Origin: an uncultured Cytophagia bacterium
GTDB taxonomy: Bacteria > Zhuqueibacterota > Zhuqueibacteria > Oceanimicrobiales > CAZGRP01
DNA: 64,000 bases
Direction of reading: 5' to 3'
Assembly: GCA_964527995.1 (NCBI GenBank)
Contig: CAZGRP010000023.1
Coordinates: 624 to 64,623 of the forward strand
The notes under the pieces were generated by a model that saw nothing but the letters and a program-made list of their open reading frames with translations, had not been told where the DNA came from and did no database searches. Below are positions 48,917 through 56,857 of this stretch, in pieces (position 1 is the first letter of the stretch; the number at the start of each line of letters is the position of its first letter). The translations under genes and the position numbers were made by a program.

Positions 48917-49624
48917 TCAGTAGATTCCGGTTTTCCAGGGCCATACCCAGCTCCAGCCGGGTCCACGGAAGAAAGTGCCAATGATGGTCAACACCGCGGC
49001 TACAAACACGAACCACGTCATAATCCACTCTGCCAGAGAGCGTTGTCCCAGCCAGGCGATCCACCCCTTTCCCTCCGGCTTGAAGTATGGGATCAAGGCC
49101 AGGCCGTAGATGAGAAGGGTTGGAATCACGATGCCGAAGGCATCGAAAGCGCCGGTGGCTATCACAAAAAGCAAGACGACCGAGGTCAGGATCACAAACG
49201 TTCTTTGGCGGTCGTGGATCCACAGCCCCTCCCGCTTGATGTTGATCTCAAAGTAGGGAATCACTATGAGGGCTATGACCACCAGGCCCGGCAGGACGAT
49301 GCCGGCAACAAGCGGCGGAAAGGAGTGAAGCAGCTCCTGCAGCCCGAGAAAGTACCATGGCGCTTTGGCTGGATTTGGGGTATGTTGCGGATTGGCAAGC
49401 TCCTCCAGCGGTGCGTTGACGAAGAGCGCCAGCAGCGCCATGACCACCACCACGATCTGAAAACAAATGACCTCTCGAATCACCAGATGGGGGAAGGACA
49501 TCACCAGCTTCTCTGGTGGCTTCTCTTCCTCGAAGCGCGCCGGTACCTTCTTGGGCACCATGGCCAGCCGCTTCGGCACTTCTGCTGGATCCGTGTTGAC
49601 TTCGACTTGATATTTCTGGCTCAT
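48917..49624 (-). CDS. Cytochrome b subunit IV-like (C-terminal half of split cytochrome b)
   Basis: FPHLV.RE, APLEELANPQHTPNPAKAPWYFLGLQELL and IPYF; multiple TM helices. Confidence 0.87.
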   Translation of the reverse strand: MSQKYQVEVNTDPAEVPKRLAMVPKKVPARFEEEKPPEKLVMSFPHLVIREVICFQIVVVVMALLALFVNAPLEELANPQHTPNPAKAPWYFLGLQELLHSFPPLVAGIVLPGLVVIALIVIPYFEINIKREGLWIHDRQRTFVILTSVVLLFVIATGAFDAFGIVIPTLLIYGLALIPYFKPEGKGWIAWLGQRSLAEWIMTWFVFVAAVLTIIGTFFRGPGWSWVWPWKTGIY

Positions 49625-49720
49625 CGTTTTGGTTCCTGTGTCAGTCGAACCGAGTTCCCGGTGACTCTTTCCTTGTTGATCCCTTGACTCAGATAACCCG
49701 GAAGGCCGGTTTCGAAGTTC

Positions 49721-50431
49721 CTACCGCAACCCGCCGTCCTTCCGGATTCGCCAGAAGTGGATTCCGATGAACAGCGAAAGAAGACCTGGGAGGATCACCG
49801 AGTGTAGGACGTAGAACCGCACCAGGGCGTTCTCGCCGATCAGGTGGCCGCCCAGCAACAGATACCGTAGCTTCTTGCCGATGAATGGCACGTAGGCCGC
49901 GATGTTCGTCCCCACCGTGACCGCCCAGTAGGCAAGCTGGTCATAGGGGAGCAGATAACCCGTGTAGCTAAGCAGTAGCGTGAGGAGAAAAAGGACGACG
50001 CCGATCACCCAGTTGAACTCCCGCGGCGGGCGGTAGGCGCCTGCATAGAACACCCGCAGCATGTGGAGAAAAACGACCAGGACCATGGCGTGGGCCGCCC
50101 AGCGATGCATGTTGCGGAGAAAGAGGCCGGAGGAGACCACGTACTGTAGGTCCTTCATGTCGTTGTACGCTTCGGGGATCGCCGGGTGGTAGTAGAGCAT
50201 CAGCAGAATGCCGCTGACCGTGAGGATCACGAAGAGAAAAAAGCTGGTCATGCCGAGGTAGAGCGTGTAGCTGAAGCGAATGGCCTTCAACCGCACCTTC
50301 ACTGGCTGAATGTGCAGAAACAGGCTGTTGAAGATGACCAGGGAGCGGTCGAGATTGGTGCGAATTGGCAGGCCGGTGCGGAAGATCGACCGCCACGCTC
50401 TTGACTGGGTTAGACGCTGCCACAGGGTCAT
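49721..50431 (-). CDS. qcrB: Cytochrome b6-like N-terminal subunit of a Rieske/cyt b complex
   Basis: [45 protein letters not shown] and [10 protein letters not shown] (four heme-ligating His). Confidence 0.93.
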   Translation of the reverse strand: MTLWQRLTQSRAWRSIFRTGLPIRTNLDRSLVIFNSLFLHIQPVKVRLKAIRFSYTLYLGMTSFFLFVILTVSGILLMLYYHPAIPEAYNDMKDLQYVVSSGLFLRNMHRWAAHAMVLVVFLHMLRVFYAGAYRPPREFNWVIGVVLFLLTLLLSYTGYLLPYDQLAYWAVTVGTNIAAYVPFIGKKLRYLLLGGHLIGENALVRFYVLHSVILPGLLSLFIGIHFWRIRKDGGLR

Positions 50432-50672
50432 TGCAGTCCTCGGTTGTTGTAAAGCATATTCGAGCCTCCGCGAACAAGAGGCGAAGAATTCACCACAAAC
50501 AGGTAAGGGCTAGCACGGATCCTCTTCCTGGCTCATGCTGCTTTCCGCCATGGGTTGTTCCGTGTAGATCGAGGGGCGAAGTCGTTTTGGCGTTCGTTTT
50601 GGGGCTGTCCCAAAGGAACCGCATTCTCTCCTTTTCGGACAGCCTCGTTGGGAGCCACGTGGTCCGCCGATA

Positions 50673-51191
50673 TCAGACCCTCAGGATCATCTCGTCCTCG
50701 CTGACCGTCTCAGAAGTATCCACGACCAGCTCGCTGTCTTCCACTTTTATGCGAAAGCGATCGAGGTCTCTCGGTGCCGGTCCGCGAATCACCTCACCGG
50801 TCTTGGTAAATCTGCTTCCATGGCAGGGGCAGGCGATGATTCCCTCTGGATGGCCTGGCACGCCGTCAGGCTTCCACTGAGTCGTGCAACCAAGATGAGT
50901 GCAGATGGCGGACACGGCCCATACGTAGCCCTCCTTGGCTCGGAAAACGAAGACACGATACTCCGGGTTGAACACGACGCTGCCCGGTGGAATCTCCTGG
51001 ATGGATCCGGCCCGGAACCGGCTTGGTGGCTCGAGGACGACATTCGGCCAGAGGTACTTCCAGGTGACGATGCTGCCTCCCACCAGAGTGGCGGCAACCG
51101 CTGTGTTGCCTGCTTTGGCGAAGAATTCTCTGCGGCTCAGGGCCTTTCGCTCGTGATGATCTGTTTCTGGCTGCTTTTCCGGTTCCTTCAT
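50673..51191 (-). CDS. qcrA: Rieske [2Fe-2S] protein with Tat anchor
   Basis: SRREFF Tat motif, CTHLGC and CPCHGS. Confidence 0.94.
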   Translation of the reverse strand: MKEPEKQPETDHHERKALSRREFFAKAGNTAVAATLVGGSIVTWKYLWPNVVLEPPSRFRAGSIQEIPPGSVVFNPEYRVFVFRAKEGYVWAVSAICTHLGCTTQWKPDGVPGHPEGIIACPCHGSRFTKTGEVIRGPAPRDLDRFRIKVEDSELVVDTSETVSEDEMILRV

Positions 51192-53035
51192 ACGCGCGTC
51201 TCCGACTGTTCAAATGCTTGCATCGTAATTGTCCCAACAGGGCAGCGCTTGGCGCACAACCCGCAACGGATGCAGATCTCCTCGTCCTTGATCATGACCA
51301 TGCCGCGACCGCTCGCTCGTTCCAGCTCCGCACCGAGGTCGTCCTCAAGGAGCGAGTCGGTGGCCTTGCCCATCACCAGTTCCGAAAGCGGCACGATCTC
51401 GATACAATTCTCTGGGCAGACGTCTGCACAGCCGCCACAAAGGATGCACTCGGTTCCCTTGAGCGGATCGCCTTCGAAGATCGTGTTTACCCAGCAACGA
51501 AGGCAGCGGCTTCCCTCCAGGACCGCCTGCACCTCGTTGTATCCAAGCTCGACCTGGGCGATGCCGACGCGACGTTCCAGCGGCAGAGCAGGGATCGGCT
51601 GACGGCGGATGTGCGTGTACCCTGGGATGGGCTGGTAGTCGGCCGTGTCGTAGAGGGTGATCTTGTACTCAGGTTCGGGGTGTTGTTCACCGCTCAGGTA
51701 ATTGTCGATGGAGCGGGCCGCCCGGCGCCCCTCTGCCACCGCGGTGATGGCAATGCGCGGGCCGAAGGCCAGATCGCCGCCGGCGTAGATCCCGGGGGCC
51801 GTTGTCGCCATCGTTTCCGGATCCACCTTGATCGTGCCTCGCGGTGTCGTCTCGATACCATCCTCCGGGGTGAGCCAGGAGAGGTCAGACGACTGGCCGA
51901 TCGCAATGATCACGGTATCGGCCTCGATCACTTTCTCGGTGCCCGGAATGAACTTGGGATTGAAGCGGCCGTTCTCATCGAAGACCGACGCCACATCGAT
52001 GGTCTCCACACCCACGACGCGGCCGTCCTGCGTGATAATGCGCTTCGGGCCGTGGCGATTATGGATGCTGATCCGCTCTTCCTCGGCTTCCTCGACCTCC
52101 TCAGGATCGGCCAGCATCTCTTCTCTTGCCTCCAGGACGATCATATCGACCTTCTTGGCACCGAAGCGCACCGCCGAGCGGGCCACATCCAGCGCAGCCG
52201 TGATGTCGGAGGTGGTCACCGGCTCTCCGGTCTCAAGGCGTGCTGCAGTTCGTGCCACATCGAAGGCCACGTTGCCGCCGCCGATGACGACGATTTTCTC
52301 GCCCAGCTCCACCTTGTAGCCGAGATTGACGTTCAGCAGGAAGTCGATGGCATTGAGGACGCCGTCGGCGTGGATACCATCGACATTCAGCGTGCGGCTC
52401 TTGTGAGCGCCGATGGCCAAGAAGATGGCCTCATAGCCATTGTCGCGCAGGTCGCTCAGGGTGAAGTCGCGCCCCAGCGCTTTGCCAAGCTTCAGCTCCA
52501 CGCCGAGGCTCAAGATCAGGTTGATCTCGAGCCGGATGAGTTCGCGCGGCAATCGGTACTCGGGGATTCCCAGGCGGAGCATACCCCCGGGCACATCATG
52601 CGCCTCGAACACCGTGACGCCATACCCCAGAAGGGCCAGGTCATGGGCGCACGACAGACCCGCAGGGCCAGCCCCGATGACGGCCACCCATTTGTTTTTG
52701 GGCTGAATCGCCGGCCCCAGGCTTTCGCGCAGCTTTGTCATGTCGAGCATGCTCTCCACCCCATAGCGCTCACAAACAAAGCGCTTGAGGGCGCGGATCG
52801 CGATGGGCTGGTCGAGCTGGCCGCGGCGGCAGGCGTCCTCACACGGCGCTGCACAGATGCGGCCACAGATGGAGGCGAACGGATTCGGAGCTCGAGCCAC
52901 GCGGTAGGCCTCTTCGTAGCGGCCTTGCGCGATCAGATTCACGTAGCGGCCTGCTTCGGTGTGTACCGGGCAGGCCCACATACACGGGAAGTTACGCTCG
53001 AGCCAATCTGGATTGACCAACTTAAAAGAAGACAT
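51188..53035 (-). CDS. Cytoplasmic NAD(P)/FAD-dependent Fe-S oxidoreductase (GltD/NfnB/SudA-like) with C-terminal 2x[4Fe-4S]
   Basis: CMWACP...CGRICAAPCEDAC, IGAGPAG, GGGNVAFD, CILCGGCADVCP and CIRCGLCAKRCP; its stop overlaps the Rieske start (ATGA). Confidence 0.9.
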   Translation of the reverse strand: MSSFKLVNPDWLERNFPCMWACPVHTEAGRYVNLIAQGRYEEAYRVARAPNPFASICGRICAAPCEDACRRGQLDQPIAIRALKRFVCERYGVESMLDMTKLRESLGPAIQPKNKWVAVIGAGPAGLSCAHDLALLGYGVTVFEAHDVPGGMLRLGIPEYRLPRELIRLEINLILSLGVELKLGKALGRDFTLSDLRDNGYEAIFLAIGAHKSRTLNVDGIHADGVLNAIDFLLNVNLGYKVELGEKIVVIGGGNVAFDVARTAARLETGEPVTTSDITAALDVARSAVRFGAKKVDMIVLEAREEMLADPEEVEEAEEERISIHNRHGPKRIITQDGRVVGVETIDVASVFDENGRFNPKFIPGTEKVIEADTVIIAIGQSSDLSWLTPEDGIETTPRGTIKVDPETMATTAPGIYAGGDLAFGPRIAITAVAEGRRAARSIDNYLSGEQHPEPEYKITLYDTADYQPIPGYTHIRRQPIPALPLERRVGIAQVELGYNEVQAVLEGSRCLRCWVNTIFEGDPLKGTECILCGGCADVCPENCIEIVPLSELVMGKATDSLLEDDLGAELERASGRGMVMIKDEEICIRCGLCAKRCPVGTITMQAFEQSETRV

Positions 53036-53093
53036 CGCTGCCTTTCATGTCGAATTTGACAGCCACGCCAGGGGCCGGCTTTTTCTTTCCGTC

Positions 53094-53693
53094 CTATCGT
53101 TTGAGCAGGAAGTTCACCTCCACCTGGCCCTTGGCAGGCACGGTCACCTCCTGCGGCTTCGTTTTCAACTTCTCGTGCCAGACCTTCAAAGTGTACTTGC
53201 CAGCCGGCACGTCCTTGATGACGAACTTGCCCGTCTTGTCGGTCTTGGCGAAGTACGGGTTCTGCAGCACCACCACATAGGCTTCCATTTCCGGGTGGAC
53301 GTTGCAGAGGATCACCGCCACGCAATCGGGGTTCTTGAAGGTGTAAGGACGCTTCTGGCCCTTTGGCCAACTCCCGAGATTGAACTTGCCGGCGCACTTG
53401 TCGGGCGTGAAGACGTTGTGCAAAACGTCGTCACTGTTCTGGAATTCGACGGTCGTCCCGGCAAGAATAGGGAGCACATGCGGGACGAACGCCATATTCT
53501 TCTGGTCCATGAGCGCCTTCTCTTTGGGCGCCGGAAACGTCTTCCCAGGGATCTTTTCGATATAGACCACAGCGTCGGCGGCGCTACGAGCGCCTTTGAC
53601 AGTGATTGTACCGACGATATCGCCTGCCATGGCCGTCTGCCAGAAAGCACCCAGCAGAAGTGCGGCCGTGAAAGCGCTGATGATTTTCTTCAT
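53094..53693 (-). CDS. Periplasmic cupredoxin-like / carboxypeptidase-regulatory-like domain protein with type-1 Cu ligand set
   Basis: GGAGG RBS, signal peptide (AMA-G), DQKNMAFVPHV, LHNVF and CNVHPEM. Confidence 0.8.
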   Translation of the reverse strand: MKKIISAFTAALLLGAFWQTAMAGDIVGTITVKGARSAADAVVYIEKIPGKTFPAPKEKALMDQKNMAFVPHVLPILAGTTVEFQNSDDVLHNVFTPDKCAGKFNLGSWPKGQKRPYTFKNPDCVAVILCNVHPEMEAYVVVLQNPYFAKTDKTGKFVIKDVPAGKYTLKVWHEKLKTKPQEVTVPAKGQVEVNFLLKR

Positions 53694-53722
53694 TACGATA
53701 CCTCCTCAGTCAACACCTTGGG

Positions 53723-55006
53723 TTAGAATCCTACAACGAGAGCTAGCTCAATCTCCCCGAATTCGAATTCTCCTTCGCCTTCTGCTGCCTCCTTTTCGAT
53801 TTCGGCTGACAGCACTGCCTTGAGGTTGGCCCTGATGAGGGCGGTCAGGCCGGGTACGAAGCGCTGGTCTGTCTCCGCGGCGCCTCCAATGCTGGAACGG
53901 AAACGCTCATAGCGAAGATTCGGCAACAGCCAGGGGTAGAGCACATAGGTTCCCTCAACCATGATATGGGTGCCGGTGCCGTCCCCACTCTGACTGATGA
54001 GCGGCCGGTCGTCATGTTGTACTGCCACAAGGCCGGAGAAGTTGAAGCGCTCGTAGTAGGCGTCGATGCTGCCGCCGAACTGGTTAAAGTTGTCTTTGAC
54101 TCCTTCGCCTAGCGTGGCGCGGCCGTTGTAGAAGAAGGCATCGAGGCGGACAGAGTTGTCTTGCCAAGGTTGCGAGGCTCCGGCAGTGGCTTCTACGATC
54201 TTACCATCGAGGCGGAGCCCACCGAACTTGTAACCGGCATGGAGGTAGAAATCCTTGTCGCCGTTGGGAACGTTCTGCCGACCTTCTACGAGACCCACCG
54301 AATAGATGAAGCGCGCGTCGCCAAGCAAACCCCTTACCTCGAACCCCTTCTGGGGGCGATCGAAGTTCCAGTTGTTGTTGCCGAACGGTTTGCTGGCATA
54401 CCAGTAGCGCGAGGTCAGCCGGCGCATGTTGCTGAAGGGCGTCACGAAGGGTATGATCTTTCCAACTTTCAGGCTGAGGGCGTTGTCGGGCAGGATATTG
54501 TCGAAGCCGATGTGGGCCATCTCCAGCTCGACTTCCCCGCCTTCGATGGCGACCTCGCTGAAGAAGGAGATGTTGTCGGTGAAATTGCCGCCGGATATCA
54601 CCCCGACTTCGCTGGGCATGTTATCGAAGACGAGTTTCGGCTCGCCCTCGGGCGCATTCGGCCTGTAAGGCACTTCGGACTCCACGACCACCGCAAGGGG
54701 TACGCTGCTGGGCAGGGCGTTGGGCCAGATGGCATCGGGCCAGACCCGTTTGTATGCCTCCGAACCCATTTTCACCGGCTTCTCCTGCGCCTTCTCGGCA
54801 TCTGCCTCTGCGCCTCCGGGGAACTGGTAGCCGTTCATCTGAAAAGCGCGCCCGAAAGCGTTCAGCTTCGGAAAGGCGGCGTGACAGGTTGCACAGCTCG
54901 TTTTGTACTTGCGGGCCCAGGCCGGAATTGCGCTGGCATCGCTGGTGCTCCAGATGAGCCCGACCGCAATACCCACAAGGACGATGACCGTCTTCTTGGA
55001 TCCCAT
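53723..55006 (-). CDS. Cyc2-like fused monoheme cytochrome c-porin
   Basis: Signal peptide, then AIPAWARKYKTS-CATCH-AAFPKLNAFGRAFQMNGY matching the Cyc2 N-terminal signature; about 380-aa amphipathic beta-barrel region; C-terminal Phe. Confidence 0.8.
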   Translation of the reverse strand: MGSKKTVIVLVGIAVGLIWSTSDASAIPAWARKYKTSCATCHAAFPKLNAFGRAFQMNGYQFPGGAEADAEKAQEKPVKMGSEAYKRVWPDAIWPNALPSSVPLAVVVESEVPYRPNAPEGEPKLVFDNMPSEVGVISGGNFTDNISFFSEVAIEGGEVELEMAHIGFDNILPDNALSLKVGKIIPFVTPFSNMRRLTSRYWYASKPFGNNNWNFDRPQKGFEVRGLLGDARFIYSVGLVEGRQNVPNGDKDFYLHAGYKFGGLRLDGKIVEATAGASQPWQDNSVRLDAFFYNGRATLGEGVKDNFNQFGGSIDAYYERFNFSGLVAVQHDDRPLISQSGDGTGTHIMVEGTYVLYPWLLPNLRYERFRSSIGGAAETDQRFVPGLTALIRANLKAVLSAEIEKEAAEGEGEFEFGEIELALVVGF

Positions 55007-55081
55007 GGTCTTTCCTCCTCTTCGATATCGGTTTCTGCCTCAGTACCGGGCCCCCGTTCCTTTCGACCTTCATGGGCTCGT

Positions 55082-55098
55082 ATACAAAACAGGTGCCA
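55082..55098 (-). promoter_or_regulatory. Putative sigma-54 (-24/-12) promoter of the cytochrome-porin operon
   Basis: Minus strand TGGCAC-CTGTT-TTGTA (GG-N10-GT; one mismatch at the -12 GC), 76 bp upstream of ATG 55006. Confidence 0.5.
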
Positions 55099-55197
55099 CT
55101 CCCGGGCAGGTTGACGCTACGTGGATGTAACACACTGTTTCCATGATTGTTAGCCTGGTTTATATTCCGCGGGTCGAGTCCCCTGCTCAACGAAAAG

Positions 55198-55216
55198 TGC
55201 CACATTTTCGGTGGCA
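55198..55216. promoter_or_regulatory. Perfect inverted repeat TGCCAC-N7-GTGGCA, candidate enhancer for the adjacent sigma-54 activator
   Basis: About 100 bp upstream of the -24/-12 element, a typical enhancer distance. Confidence 0.45.
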
Positions 55217-55446
55217 GTGTGACATGCGGCGGGTGGCAGGCCTGGTACTTGGAAACCGGAAACTCGCAACTCGAAACTAGAAAACCAAAAAAGGGAATGC
55301 CCGCGTCTGGAGTGAAGTCAGGCTGAAGGGCAGAAGCCGATTGAGAGCCGAGTGACCTCAGGAGAGGGCGGCCGCATCGGAGCTCCGGTTGCAGATGCCA
55401 ATTTCCAATGTCCGGCTTCTCATCCCTCTCCGTTGTTGCCGACGTG

Positions 55447-56850
55447 CTATCCTTTGCGGAAATCTTGCGATCGGATGCCGTGCTTTTTCATCAGCCTCTG
55501 GAAGCTTTGGCGCTCGATGCCTGCGGCCTGTGCCGCGGCGGTGACGTTGCCACGTGTGGCTTTCAGGCGCTCGATGACAAACTTGCGCTCGAAAGCATCC
55601 ACGACGACCCGGCGGGCGTCTGCAAGCTTCTCGTGGACGATAGGGATGTCGATGGTTTGCCGGGCCTGTTTGCGGAACAGGTGCGGTGGGAATGAATCGG
55701 CGGTCAGTACGTCGCTCTTCTCCAAGACTACGGCGCGCTCGATGAGATTCTCCAACTCGCGCACGTTCCCTGGATAGCGATAGCTGGAGAGGGCCTCCAT
55801 CACCTCGGGGCTGATGCTGTGAATGCCCTTGCCGAAGCGCTGCCGGTACTTTGACAGGAAGTAGTTGGCCAGCACCGGGATGTCGCCGACCCTCTGGCGC
55901 AGCGGTGGCAGTTTGATGGCGATGACATTGAGGCGAAAATAAAGATCCTCGCGGAAGTTACCGCGCTTGATCTCGTATTCGAGATCGCGATTGGTTGCCG
56001 AAATGAACCGTGCCCGCACCGGGATGGTTTGGTTGCCGCCGACACGCTGGTAGCAGCGTTCTTCGACCACCCGCAACAGCTTTTGTTGCAACTTGGGGGG
56101 CATGTCGCCGATCTCGTCGAGGAAAAGTGTTCCCTCGCCGGCGAGCTCGAACTTTCCCTCTTTGCGCGCATCAGCTCCGGTGAATGCTCCCTTCTCGTGG
56201 CCGAAGAGCTCGCTTTCAAGCAGCGTCTCGGGCAGCACGGTGCAGTTGATGGCAACGAACGGTTCGTCGTGGTGCTGGCCGCTGTTGTGGATGGCGCGGG
56301 CGACGAGTTCCTTCCCGGTGCCGCTCTCCCCAAAGATGATGACGTTGGTCGAATTGGGCGTTGTGGTCACCGCACCAATCGTTTTGTAGACCTCCTGCAT
56401 GGACGGATCGCTGCCGATGAGCTCGTATTCGACGATCGGGTGGCTCAGCTTCGCTCGCAGGTCGCTCACTTCCCGCCGCAACCGCACCGTTTCCAGCGCG
56501 CGTTCGGTGAGAGCACGCACCTTGTCGACATGCAGCGGCTTGGTCAGGTATTCGTAGGCGCCGAGCTGTACGGCGCGGATCGCCGTTTGCATGGTGCCGT
56601 AGCCAGTGATCACGATCACCGGCAGGTTCAGTCCGTCACTCTTGATCTTCTCGAGCACAGCGAGTCCATCCATTTCCGGCATGGCCACATCCAAAAAGAG
56701 GAGCGCGGGTTTCTCTATTCGGAGCTTCTCGAGTGCCTGCGGACCGCTGTCAGCAGAAATCACCCTGTAGCCGCTCCGCTCGAGAACCTTTCGAAAGGCG
56801 AAAACGATGCTTTCGTCGTCGTCGGCGACCATGATCTTTTCTTTGGGCAT
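55447..56850 (-). CDS. Sigma-54-dependent response regulator (NtrC/AtoC family)
   Basis: Receiver domain (VADDD, LDVAMP, KP), GESGTGKE, GAFTGA, FLDEIGD and a Fis-type HTH. Confidence 0.96.
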   Translation of the reverse strand: MPKEKIMVADDDESIVFAFRKVLERSGYRVISADSGPQALEKLRIEKPALLFLDVAMPEMDGLAVLEKIKSDGLNLPVIVITGYGTMQTAIRAVQLGAYEYLTKPLHVDKVRALTERALETVRLRREVSDLRAKLSHPIVEYELIGSDPSMQEVYKTIGAVTTTPNSTNVIIFGESGTGKELVARAIHNSGQHHDEPFVAINCTVLPETLLESELFGHEKGAFTGADARKEGKFELAGEGTLFLDEIGDMPPKLQQKLLRVVEERCYQRVGGNQTIPVRARFISATNRDLEYEIKRGNFREDLYFRLNVIAIKLPPLRQRVGDIPVLANYFLSKYRQRFGKGIHSISPEVMEALSSYRYPGNVRELENLIERAVVLEKSDVLTADSFPPHLFRKQARQTIDIPIVHEKLADARRVVVDAFERKFVIERLKATRGNVTAAAQAAGIERQSFQRLMKKHGIRSQDFRKG

Positions 56851-56857
56851 TCGCTTC

